64,000 nucleotides of DNA, taken from contig CAMOEI010000001.1 of assembly GCA_946612115.1 (NCBI GenBank), forward strand, positions 130,936-194,935, in the 5' to 3' direction. The DNA is from an uncultured Bacillales bacterium (GTDB lineage: Bacteria > Bacillota_I > Bacilli_A > RFN20 > CAG-826). A program made the translations under genes and the position numbers. This document shows positions 1 through 8,510 of the stretch, piece by piece. The notes beneath the pieces are model-generated. The model was not told the origin of the DNA, searched no databases, and was given only the letters and a program-made list of their open reading frames with translations. The stretch's first letter is position 1. Each line of letters starts with the position of its first letter.

Positions 1-2
1 TG

Positions 3-161
3 GTTAGAGAAGTTGATGATATCTCAGTAGGTATATCTTCCGGAGCAGCTTTAGCTGCAGCGGTTAAAGTCGCTAATAGAAAAGAGGCTGAAGGTAAAAA
101 TATTGTTGTGATTTTCCCTGATGGAGGAGATCGCTACTTATCCACAAAATTATTTAATTAG
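3..161 (+). CDS. cysK: cysteine synthase (O-acetylserine sulfhydrylase), C-terminal fragment; 5' end lies outside the window
   Basis: Frame-3 translation ...[38 protein letters not shown] matches the conserved CysK/CysM C-terminus (PLP-fold family). TAG stop at 159-161. Confidence 0.6.
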   Translation, partial: VREVDDISVGISSGAALAAAVKVANRKEAEGKNIVVIFPDGGDRYLSTKLFN

Positions 162-190
162 TTCACTTATTTAAGTGGACTTTTTAATAT
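162..190 (+). terminator. rho-independent terminator after cysK
   Basis: Inverted repeat gttcactta/taagtggac followed by a T-run. Confidence 0.5.
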
Positions 191-213
191 CTGTTCTTTA
201 ATTTTTATAAATT

Positions 214-1380
214 ATGTGTAGAATAAAACACATGGAAAATGAAGAAAAAAAGCAAAAGCCTGTTTTAGATTTCTTAATCAAGACTCTTAACGGGATGGCG
301 TATGGCTTATTCGCTACTTTGATTATCGGAACAATCTTTGAAACGATTGGAACTTTATTTAATTATGGAAGTGGTAACGCCTTTTGTGATTTCATGGTTA
401 AAGTCTTTGGAACCGGAAAAAGTGGAATTAGTTTTGTTTTACAAGTCTTAACCGGAGCAGGAATTGGAGTAGGAATTGCTTTATCTTTAAAATTTGATCC
501 ACTTAAAACTATTGTTTTAGCGGGTGTAGGAATGACCGCGGCGTATTTCTCTTTGACCACTAAATTTGTGGAGAATATGTCAAGTGAAACCTACTTAGGT
601 TCGTTTGCTTTAAAAATCGGAGATCCTTTAACAATATATTTAGTGTGTATTTCGGTGGCTCTATTAATGAAAATCGTCTTAGTCAAGAAAACACCCGTCG
701 ATATTTTAATCGTTCCTCTATTCGGCCTTTTTGTCGGTTTAATCGCTAGTTTTGCTTTAGGATTTGTCTCCATTTTCATTACTTATGCGATTCAGTGGCT
801 AGTTAACGCTGGTACAAGTGCTGTTCCATTTGTGATGGGAATAGTGGTTGCTATTTTAATGGGAATGGCACTAACCGCCCCAATTAGTAGTGCAGCAATT
901 GCTGCAATGGTATTTACTATTCCAGTTGGAGCAGATTTAGCAAACTATCAAGGATTAATTATCGCCAGTGGAGCTGCGATTGTTGGCTGTTCAACTCAAA
1001 TGGTCGGATTTGCTATTCAATCAAGAAAAGATAATAACATTGGAATGTGTCTATCAATTGGTATTGGAACATCAATGCTTCAATTTAAAAATATCCTAAA
1101 GAAACCTTTGGTTTGGTTACCTACAATTATTGCTTCCGCCATCTTAGGACCTATTAGCACAATGTGGCTTAAACTTGAATGCTTAGGTAGTGCAGCAGGA
1201 ATGGGAACAGCGGGCTTAGTTGGTCAAATCGGAACAATTGCCTCTATGGGAGTCGATAAATGGCAAACCTGGGTTGGAATATTTGGATTACAAATCATCC
1301 TTCCAATGGTGTTAGTTTTTGCACTAGATTTATTATTTAGAAAATTAGGGTGGATTAAAGAAGGAGATTTAAAAGTCTAA
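214..1380 (+). CDS. polytopic membrane permease, PTS-EIIC-like (PF13303-type) family; function uncertain
   Basis: 388-aa ORF with about 10 hydrophobic Gly/Ala-rich helices and no soluble domain. Its stop overlaps the next ORF (TAATG). Confidence 0.45.
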   Translation: MCRIKHMENEEKKQKPVLDFLIKTLNGMAYGLFATLIIGTIFETIGTLFNYGSGNAFCDFMVKVFGTGKSGISFVLQVLTGAGIGVGIALSLKFDPLKTIVLAGVGMTAAYFSLTTKFVENMSSETYLGSFALKIGDPLTIYLVCISVALLMKIVLVKKTPVDILIVPLFGLFVGLIASFALGFVSIFITYAIQWLVNAGTSAVPFVMGIVVAILMGMALTAPISSAAIAAMVFTIPVGADLANYQGLIIASGAAIVGCSTQMVGFAIQSRKDNNIGMCLSIGIGTSMLQFKNILKKPLVWLPTIIASAILGPISTMWLKLECLGSAAGMGTAGLVGQIGTIASMGVDKWQTWVGIFGLQIILPMVLVFALDLLFRKLGWIKEGDLKV

Positions 1381-1856
1381 TGAAAAAGAAGATGTCAAAT
1401 GAAACAAAAATCAAACTCATCTATTCTGGCGAATTAGTGGTTATCGCTTTAATTATCCTTGTGATTTCAATTTTAAAATTTACTGGTGTGATGCCCACTA
1501 AGCAAACTAGACTTTTAGTCTACAATATTATTTCTTTAATCGGATTTGTGTGGATTGTCGTGGACTTTGTTTGGTCTATCGCCTCTAAAAAAAGAAGACA
1601 AAAGACATGCTTTTTAGATAAATTCTTAATGCTACCAGCAGGATTATACATCTTATTTTTTGATATAATGTGTTTTGCAAAATTCTTTACATATGAAGAG
1701 GCCATTGTTCAATATTCCATAGCTGGAATTTTGATGTATTTAGCGGTTATTGAACTCTTTATGGCGGTTTATCACTGGTTTAAACCAGTGCCTCAAATTC
1801 TAGAAGCGATAGAAGAGGCTAATAAGCCAGAAGAAAATATCGATCAAAAAATATAA
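1380..1856 (+). CDS. small integral membrane protein (4 TM), unknown function
   Basis: 158-aa hydrophobic ORF, translationally coupled (TAATG) to the upstream permease. Confidence 0.4.
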   Translation: MKKKMSNETKIKLIYSGELVVIALIILVISILKFTGVMPTKQTRLLVYNIISLIGFVWIVVDFVWSIASKKRRQKTCFLDKFLMLPAGLYILFFDIMCFAKFFTYEEAIVQYSIAGILMYLAVIELFMAVYHWFKPVPQILEAIEEANKPEENIDQKI

Positions 1857-1893
1857 GAAAATAGCGAAGTAGGAAATAAAAGTGAAGAAAAAT

Positions 1894-1922
1894 AAGGGAC
1901 AGGTATCTGTCCTTTTATTTTA
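1894..1922 (+). terminator. rho-independent terminator
   Basis: gggacag-gtatc-ctgtcc hairpin followed by ttttatttt. Confidence 0.55.
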
Positions 1923-2009
1923 TAACTCCACATTTTTTTAATTTAATTAATGAAATAATTAAGAAAGTTGACTAAAATTATAACTAAGAAAGAAGGACAT
2001 AATAACTAT

Positions 2010-3470
2010 ATGGCAAATTTGAAAGAAAGAATTTGTATTATTGGTGGTGGACCAGCTGGTCTTTCTGCTGCGATGTATCTTGAGAAAAAAGGATACGAAA
2101 ACTATGTTATTTATGAAAAATTAAACAAAGTTGGCGGAAAATGTTGGTCTCCAAAAATGAAGGTCAAACATAATGGTGTCGAAGAAGAAAAGAGTTTCGA
2201 AACCGGTGCGATTATGGGCGCCATTACCTATCACGCAGTTAGCGAGATGGAAGAATTTGGTGGCTATTATCACTGTGGACCACAATGGGCTGAAAAAGAG
2301 CCTAACATGAGAAGAGAATTCCGTACATTAGATGGTAAAGTCGATGAATGGAATAATCCAAAAGTTGATTTTAGCTTCAAAAAACTCTTTGGTTTATTAA
2401 AACTTAAGAAACAAATGAAGAAACTCAACAAGATCATGCAAACCAAATATAAAGGTTATGACTGCTATGGTCACTTAGGTGTTGCTAAAGGTGAATATTA
2501 TGGTATCTCCAAAGGTGTCGATGGATATTGCGGAGCAACCAAAGAAGATTCATTCCCTAACTACATCAAAGGAACAAACCCAAATCTTAAAGATTTAGCA
2601 TTACCATTCTCTGAATTCTGTAAGATTAACGGTGTTGAAGAAGTCCAAAGAATTTGGATCGCTCCATTCACCAGCTTCGGATATGGTTATTTCGATGAAA
2701 TCCCAGCCGCATTAGTCATGAAATATCTTGACGTTACTACCGCGATTGAATTCGTTCACATGGGATTATGGACATGGCCAGAAGGAACTCAACAAATCTA
2801 CGTTCACGTTAACGAAAAATTAAAACACCCAGCAGTGTTAGAAACTGAAGTCGTTAAAGTTGAAAGACCTGATGGAAAGATTAAAGTCACCATCAAAGGT
2901 AAAGACGGAAAGACCAAGGTTGAAGAATTCGATAAATTAATCGTTACTACCCCACTTGATTACTTCAAGGATTATGCGGACGCTAGCGATGAAGAAAAAG
3001 AATTATTCTCCAAGATCGTTCACGAAAGATATATTGACTATATCGCTACCTTCGAAGAAGGTAAATCACCAAATATTTCTGGTTACTTAGTGGAAAACAT
3101 GGTCCCAGAAAGATTAGGCCACGCGATGGTTTATTACAATAGATGGCAATATCTTGATAGAGACTGCCCAGCTACTGTTTACGCCTTAGCTAACCACACT
3201 GGAGATCCAGACAAGAAATATGAAGATGTCCAAAAGATGATGGACGAAGATATGGCCAGAGTCGGCTTCCCAATCAAAGAAAAACACTTTGCTCAAGAAG
3301 TTTATTACTGCCCACACGTTTCTTGTAAGGATTACGCTGAAGGATGGTATGACCGCCTCGAAGCTTTACAAGGTTATAAGAACACCTATTACGCTGGAGA
3401 AATTCTCTCCTTCGGTGATATGGAAGATACTTGTGCCGCTAGTAAAGATATCATCGGTAGATTCTTCTAA
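2010..3470 (+). CDS. FAD/NAD(P)-binding flavoprotein of the amine-oxidase / protoporphyrinogen-oxidase / phytoene-desaturase superfamily
   Basis: N-terminal Rossmann dinucleotide motif ICIIGGGPAGLSAAMYLEKKGY...EKLNKVGGK. About 490 aa. The ORF-track start at 1968 is a TTG; the first ATG (2010) is preferred. First gene of the candidate glycoside-ester module. Confidence 0.6.
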   Translation: MANLKERICIIGGGPAGLSAAMYLEKKGYENYVIYEKLNKVGGKCWSPKMKVKHNGVEEEKSFETGAIMGAITYHAVSEMEEFGGYYHCGPQWAEKEPNMRREFRTLDGKVDEWNNPKVDFSFKKLFGLLKLKKQMKKLNKIMQTKYKGYDCYGHLGVAKGEYYGISKGVDGYCGATKEDSFPNYIKGTNPNLKDLALPFSEFCKINGVEEVQRIWIAPFTSFGYGYFDEIPAALVMKYLDVTTAIEFVHMGLWTWPEGTQQIYVHVNEKLKHPAVLETEVVKVERPDGKIKVTIKGKDGKTKVEEFDKLIVTTPLDYFKDYADASDEEKELFSKIVHERYIDYIATFEEGKSPNISGYLVENMVPERLGHAMVYYNRWQYLDRDCPATVYALANHTGDPDKKYEDVQKMMDEDMARVGFPIKEKHFAQEVYYCPHVSCKDYAEGWYDRLEALQGYKNTYYAGEILSFGDMEDTCAASKDIIGRFF

Positions 3471-3486
3471 GAATAATCAAATAACT

Positions 3487-3512
3487 AAGCCCTCACTAGA
3501 GGGCTTTTTTAT
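3487..3512 (+). terminator. rho-independent terminator
   Basis: agccctc-acta-gagggct hairpin followed by tttttatttttc. Confidence 0.6.
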
Positions 3513-3578
3513 TTTTCTACAAAACTTTACAAATATTATTATTTATATATAATAAATAGACTATAGGAGGAAAATACA

Positions 3579-5447
3579 TTGAATAACTCTAGTGCTGTTA
3601 AACCAAAACAAAAAGTAGCAAATTCTAAAATAAAAGTTCCAGTGTTCTTCACTGTTGATGATAACTATATTCCTTTTATGACAATCACCTTAAAAAGTAT
3701 TGTCGATCACTCAAAGAAAAACATCATATACGAAATCTATGTCATTCATAGCGGACTTTCCGTTGAAAGTAAAAGAAGAGTCAAAGCGGTCACCAATAAG
3801 AAAAACTTTGTTTTTCATTTTGTTAACGTCTTCTTAAAAGTTCAAAATCTAGCGATTAGATTAGATGTTAGAGATTATTACACATCTTCAACATATTATC
3901 GTTTATTCTTGCCAGATTTATTCCCGCAAATCTCTAAAGCGATTTATATCGATAGTGATATCGTTGTTAGAGAAGATATCGCTAATTTATTTAATATCGA
4001 TTTAGAAGATAAATTATTAGGCGTTGTTCCTGATGGATCAGTCCAAATTTATCCTGAATTTATCAAATATGTTGAAACTGTTATCGCAGTTGACCACAAA
4101 GAATACTTTAACGCTGGGGTTTTATTAATGAACTTTAAAGGCCTAAGAGCGTTTAAATTTGAACAAAAATGTTTCAAATTGCTCTCTAAAGTCTCCTTCA
4201 AAGTAGCTCAAGACCAAGATATTTTAAACTTCATTACCAAGGGTAAAGTTAAATTTATAGACCCTAGATGGAACGTTATGCCTTTAGGAGAAAAAGTCGA
4301 AGATCCATATCTAGTTCACTATAATTTAATCCTTAAGCCTTGGAAACATGAAAATATCATGTATGAAGAATATTTCTGGGACGTCGCTGAAAAGCTCAAT
4401 CTCAAATATGAACTTTATGGAAGAATGATGCTCATCCCTAAAGAATTAAAAGAACAAGATTTCTTAGGAATTGAAATGGTCAAAAAGCTCTGTTTAGCGG
4501 AAGTAGAAAAAGTCGATACATATTACGCACCTATATATTCGCAAAAAGATATTATTGAAAGAAGAAATAGACAAAATTTATTTGAAGAATTGTCTTTCAA
4601 GAATATGAATTACCCACATCACGGGGAACGTCAAGCAATCTTAGATAAGATTGTGGAATATGAAAAGGCTGGCAAATTCGATCAAGATGTCGAAAATGAT
4701 CCACCATATAAACCAATTACTGTAGAAGGAATTGATTTCTTAAGAAAGAAACCACATAACAAATTTAAAAGTGCATTCGCTAATTGGTATTCCTTTAAAT
4801 ATTTCAATCATTTAATCGATAAAGGACAAATCATTATTGATGGCTATGAAGGAGTTCATAACTTAAAAGAAGTGACCACAGGAGCGGTTATTACTGCGAA
4901 TCACTTCTCCCCATTTGATAGCATTCCTTTACACAAGATCTTTAAGCAAGTTAAAAAGAATCGTAAACTCTTTAAAATTATTCGTGAAGGAAATTATTCC
5001 TTCCCAGGACTTTACGGTTTCTTTATGAGAAACTGTAACTCCATCCCTTTAGCGAGCAATTTAGAAGTTATGAGACATACTTTAAATGCGATTGACACGG
5101 TTTTATCTCGTGGGGATTATTTACTCGTTTACGCTGAACAATCGATGTGGTGGAATTATAAAAAACCAAAACCAACCAAATTAGGAGCCTTTAAGTGGGC
5201 TAGTAAAAATAATGTTCCTGTCATTCCTACTTTTATTACGATGAGAGATACAGGTGCTTTAGACGGAGAAGGATTCCCAATTAAAGCTTATACTTTACAT
5301 ATTCTTCCTGCCATTTATCCAAAAAGTAACCTTTCTATTGGAGAAAACGCTTTATATTTAAAGTCGGAAAACGATAAGGCTTGGAAAGAAGTCTATGAAC
5401 GAGTGTATGGAGAAAAACTTACATATCTATGTAATGAGGACAAATAA
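3579..5447 (+). CDS. bifunctional glycosyltransferase family 8 (N-terminal) / lysophospholipid-type acyltransferase (PlsC/LPLAT, C-terminal) fusion protein
   Basis: N-terminal domain has GT8 hallmarks: VFFTVDDNYIPF, the DxD motif YIDSDIVV, and NAGVLLMN. C-terminal domain carries the LPLAT HX4D motif (ITANHFSPFD) and FPGLYGFF/ VYAEQS motifs. TTG start at 3579 with AGGAGG 8 nt upstream. Stop overlaps the next gene (TAATG). Confidence 0.65.
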   Translation: MNNSSAVKPKQKVANSKIKVPVFFTVDDNYIPFMTITLKSIVDHSKKNIIYEIYVIHSGLSVESKRRVKAVTNKKNFVFHFVNVFLKVQNLAIRLDVRDYYTSSTYYRLFLPDLFPQISKAIYIDSDIVVREDIANLFNIDLEDKLLGVVPDGSVQIYPEFIKYVETVIAVDHKEYFNAGVLLMNFKGLRAFKFEQKCFKLLSKVSFKVAQDQDILNFITKGKVKFIDPRWNVMPLGEKVEDPYLVHYNLILKPWKHENIMYEEYFWDVAEKLNLKYELYGRMMLIPKELKEQDFLGIEMVKKLCLAEVEKVDTYYAPIYSQKDIIERRNRQNLFEELSFKNMNYPHHGERQAILDKIVEYEKAGKFDQDVENDPPYKPITVEGIDFLRKKPHNKFKSAFANWYSFKYFNHLIDKGQIIIDGYEGVHNLKEVTTGAVITANHFSPFDSIPLHKIFKQVKKNRKLFKIIREGNYSFPGLYGFFMRNCNSIPLASNLEVMRHTLNAIDTVLSRGDYLLVYAEQSMWWNYKKPKPTKLGAFKWASKNNVPVIPTFITMRDTGALDGEGFPIKAYTLHILPAIYPKSNLSIGENALYLKSENDKAWKEVYERVYGEKLTYLCNEDK

Positions 5448-6067
5448 TGTACTTTTTAGCAATTATTTTAATTTGTAGTTTTATAATCTATCTCCCTCAT
5501 GCGATTATCAATCCATGGAACTTACCTAATCCGTGGTTATATTATTTTCTCGCAGTGGCCATCTACGTTATTGGAGAAGTTATTTTAGACGGAGTTATCG
5601 CTTTTATTATTCGTCGACTCCCAGAGAAGTGGATGAATCCAAGAAAAGGGATGATTCATGCCAGCGATAAAGAACTTAAGTTCTTAAAAGCTATTAAAGT
5701 CGAGAGTTGGAAGCGTTTCATGCCTGATTTAGGAATGTTTACCAAATTCCAAAAAGGAAAATTAGATGATCCATATAATAACGAATATATTCATCGTTAT
5801 ATTGTTGAAGCTAGTTATGGGGTAGTGATCCATTATTTAAGCGTTCCATTCGGCTTTTTGATTCTTTTACTCGGATTAATCGAACCAAATAACTTGACGA
5901 CGTGGTCAATAGGTTTACCAGTTATCTTTGTTAACTCAGTCTTGATTCTCGCCCCGGCGTTAACATTAAAATATAACATTCCTCGTCTATTAAGGATTTA
6001 TGACCTTAATGAACGATTAAAAGCGAAAAAAGAGGCTAAATTAGCTAAAGAAAACGAAAATAAATAA
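5447..6067 (+). CDS. 4-TM membrane protein resembling the CrtO family (glycosyl-4,4'-diaponeurosporenoate acyltransferase)
   Basis: 206 aa with four hydrophobic helices. Cytoplasmic loop W..R..PDLG and C-terminal KYNIPRLLRI resemble the S. aureus CrtO motifs W.HKILDG and QRYNRPRLTQLLRI; this comparison is from memory, not a computed alignment. Translationally coupled to the GT8/LPLAT gene. Confidence 0.45.
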   Translation: MYFLAIILICSFIIYLPHAIINPWNLPNPWLYYFLAVAIYVIGEVILDGVIAFIIRRLPEKWMNPRKGMIHASDKELKFLKAIKVESWKRFMPDLGMFTKFQKGKLDDPYNNEYIHRYIVEASYGVVIHYLSVPFGFLILLLGLIEPNNLTTWSIGLPVIFVNSVLILAPALTLKYNIPRLLRIYDLNERLKAKKEAKLAKENENK

Positions 6068-6078
6068 TTAGACAAAAG

Positions 6079-6120
6079 AAATGGATGTAAAGAGAAATTA
6101 ACATTCATTTTTTTCTTTTT
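6079..6120 (+). terminator. rho-independent terminator
   Basis: aaatggatgt ... acattcattt hairpin followed by a long T-run. Confidence 0.5.
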
Positions 6121-6189
6121 CTTGCAGTATATCTACTTAATAATTATTATTTATATAGCGTGTACATATTAATTAAGGACTAAATAATA

Positions 6190-7827
6190 ATGACTATTGC
6201 AGAAAAAATTGTTCATTTAAGAGTTGTTAATAATATTTCTCAAGAAGAACTCGCAACTAAACTTAACGTTACTAGACAAACAGTCAGTAAGTGGGAAAGC
6301 GGAGACACTCTTCCTCAATTAGATAAAGTTAGCGAACTTTGTGAATTATTTAAAATAACCGCTGATGAATTAATTAACGATAATGTTGTTATCCATCGCG
6401 GAAAGCAACTAGTGCCAAGCATTGGAGAAGATGTGAAAACCAAATATTTTGGCACTGATGGCTTTAGAGGAGAGGTCAATAAAGTATTAACTTGTGACCA
6501 CGCCTATAAAATCGGTCGATTCTTAGGATGGTTTTACGGAAATCCAAAATATAACGGACAAAAACCAGGATATCGACCAAAGGTTGTTATCGGTAAAGAT
6601 ACCAGAAGATCTTCATATATGTTAGAGTATGCGGTCGCTAGTGGATTAGCGGCTAGTGGAGCGGATGTCTGTTTACTTCACGTAACGACTACACCAAGCG
6701 TTTCTTACATAGTAAGACAAGACTATTTTGACTGCGGAGTAATGATTACCGCAAGCCACAATCCTTTCTATGATAACGGAATTAAAGTTATTAACTGTAA
6801 CGGAGAGAAATTAGAAGACGCAGTTGCAGTATTAATCGAAGCCTATATTGACGGAGATTTAAAGAAATTAGGTGTTGAAGGAGATGACCTCCCATTCGCG
6901 GAAAGAGGAGAAATCGGTCAAATCATCGATTATAGCTCCGGAAGAAATCGATACATTGGTTATCTCATCTCATTAGCAAAACACTCCATGAAGAGCCTAA
7001 AAATCGGCTTAGACTGCGCTAACGGGGCGAGCTGGATGATTGCCAAAAGTGTTTTTGACGCTTTAGGAGCCCAAACCTTTGTTATTAATAACAATCCAGA
7101 TGGTTTAAATATTAATTTAGATGCTGGAAGTACACATATTGAAAATTTCTGTAAATACGTTAAACAAAATAAACTAGATCTCGGCTTTGCCTTTGACGGA
7201 GACGCTGATAGATGTATCGCTGTAGATGAATCTGGTAGAGAAGTTGATGGAGATAAGATTATGTACTTATTATCCAATAAACTTAAAGCGGAAGGCTCAT
7301 TAGACAAAGACACATTAGTAACGACAATTATGTCTAACTCAGGTCTATTTAAAGCCTTAAAACAAGTTGGGATTTCTGTCACACAAACTAAGGTTGGAGA
7401 CCGTTTCGTTTACGAAAGAATGCAAAATGAAGGCTATGCCTTAGGTGGAGAGCAATCCGGTCACATTATCATTAAAAAGTATGCGACTACTGGAGATGGC
7501 ATCTTAACTGCGATTATGGTCACTGAAGAAGTATTAGAAAGAAAAGCAAAGCTTTCAACTTTAGTTGCCCCAGTTAAGCTCATCCCACAAGTCACTAAAA
7601 ACGTTAGAGTGACTAATAAGGCTGCAGTTATCGCTGATGAACTTGTTCAAGCTAAATTTAAAGAAGTGAATGATGAAATCGGAGATAATGGAAGAGCGTT
7701 ATTAAGACAAAGTGGAACTGAACCAGTTGTTAGAATAACAATTGAATTAGATAATAAAGCCAAAGTTGATGAATATGTCGAAAAGATTTATAACGTCATC
7801 AAGAAAAGAGGATATATCTGTGAATAA
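6190..7827 (+). CDS. glmM: phosphoglucosamine mutase with an N-terminal XRE-type helix-turn-helix domain (HTH::GlmM fusion)
   Basis: Residues 1-63 form a classic HTH_3 (ISQEELATKLNVTRQTVSKWESGDTLPQLDKVSEL). From about residue 85 the sequence is GlmM: KYFGTDGFRGEVN, the active-site serine loop ITASHNPFYDNGIK, DGDADRC, and GGEQSGH. Single uninterrupted ORF. Confidence 0.8.
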   Translation: MTIAEKIVHLRVVNNISQEELATKLNVTRQTVSKWESGDTLPQLDKVSELCELFKITADELINDNVVIHRGKQLVPSIGEDVKTKYFGTDGFRGEVNKVLTCDHAYKIGRFLGWFYGNPKYNGQKPGYRPKVVIGKDTRRSSYMLEYAVASGLAASGADVCLLHVTTTPSVSYIVRQDYFDCGVMITASHNPFYDNGIKVINCNGEKLEDAVAVLIEAYIDGDLKKLGVEGDDLPFAERGEIGQIIDYSSGRNRYIGYLISLAKHSMKSLKIGLDCANGASWMIAKSVFDALGAQTFVINNNPDGLNINLDAGSTHIENFCKYVKQNKLDLGFAFDGDADRCIAVDESGREVDGDKIMYLLSNKLKAEGSLDKDTLVTTIMSNSGLFKALKQVGISVTQTKVGDRFVYERMQNEGYALGGEQSGHIIIKKYATTGDGILTAIMVTEEVLERKAKLSTLVAPVKLIPQVTKNVRVTNKAAVIADELVQAKFKEVNDEIGDNGRALLRQSGTEPVVRITIELDNKAKVDEYVEKIYNVIKKRGYICE

Positions 7828-8494
7828 GTTAAATATTAAAACTTCTGAATTATTTCACACTGAAGAAACCTATTTAAGAGAAGTCTTCAATAATTCGACT
7901 TATCCTTGGGAAATTCTCCCTCAAATCAAAGAGATTTGTAAAAGAGTCCTAGAAAGTGGTTTACCAGGGTATCACCTTCTAAAAGAAGGAGTGTTAGTAG
8001 GAGAAAACGTTAAAATCTCTCCTTTCGCCACAATTGAACCGCCTTGCATCATCGGAAAAGACACTGAACTTCGTCCAGGAGCGTTTATTAGAGGAAATGT
8101 CATCATTGGAGAAAGCTGTGTCATCGGTAATTCAAGCGAATTAAAAAATTCAATATTATTGAATCACGTCCAAGTTCCACATTATAACTATGTTGGAGAT
8201 TCAATCTTAGGAGATTACGCTCATATGGGAGCGGGATCAATTCTCTCAAATTTAAAAAGTGGAGGTAAAAACATTACCATTCACGGAGATAAAGAATATG
8301 AGACTGGTTTAAGAAAAATCGGAGCGTTCCTTGGAGAACACGCTGATATTGGATGCGGAAGCGTTCTTAATCCAGGAACCATCATTGGTAAAAACACCAA
8401 TGTCTATCCATTAAGTATGTTAAGAGGGTGCTATCCAGAAAATAGCATCGTCAAAGAAAACAACAAAGTTGTTGATAAAGATTTAAATCGATAA
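7820..8494 (+). CDS. stand-alone left-handed beta-helix (hexapeptide-repeat) acetyltransferase, GlmU C-terminal-domain-like
   Basis: Hexapeptide repeats throughout (IIGKDTELRPGAFIRGNVIIGESCVIGNSSEL...). The likely start is the GTG at 7820 with a GAGGA RBS, overlapping the glmM stop; the ORF track extends the frame back to 7766. Confidence 0.55.
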   Translation: MNKLNIKTSELFHTEETYLREVFNNSTYPWEILPQIKEICKRVLESGLPGYHLLKEGVLVGENVKISPFATIEPPCIIGKDTELRPGAFIRGNVIIGESCVIGNSSELKNSILLNHVQVPHYNYVGDSILGDYAHMGAGSILSNLKSGGKNITIHGDKEYETGLRKIGAFLGEHADIGCGSVLNPGTIIGKNTNVYPLSMLRGCYPENSIVKENNKVVDKDLNR

Positions 8495-8510
8495 TTGGAG
8501 GTATAGAAAA

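Noticed and set aside
363-779. Antisense ORFs inside the 214-1380 permease gene. Similar short antisense ORFs occur throughout, for example 6960-7382, 10418-10711, 21288-21536, 37392-37634 and 59523-60047.
   Set aside because: They lie entirely within strongly supported CDSs on the opposite strand, have low-complexity or K/L/S/F-rich composition typical of AT-rich antisense frames, and have no RBS. Treated as spurious.
3289-3552. 87-aa + strand ORF overlapping the 3' end of the flavoprotein gene and running through its terminator.
   Set aside because: It is an out-of-frame overlap with a well-supported CDS, and it crosses the intrinsic terminator hairpin. Spurious.
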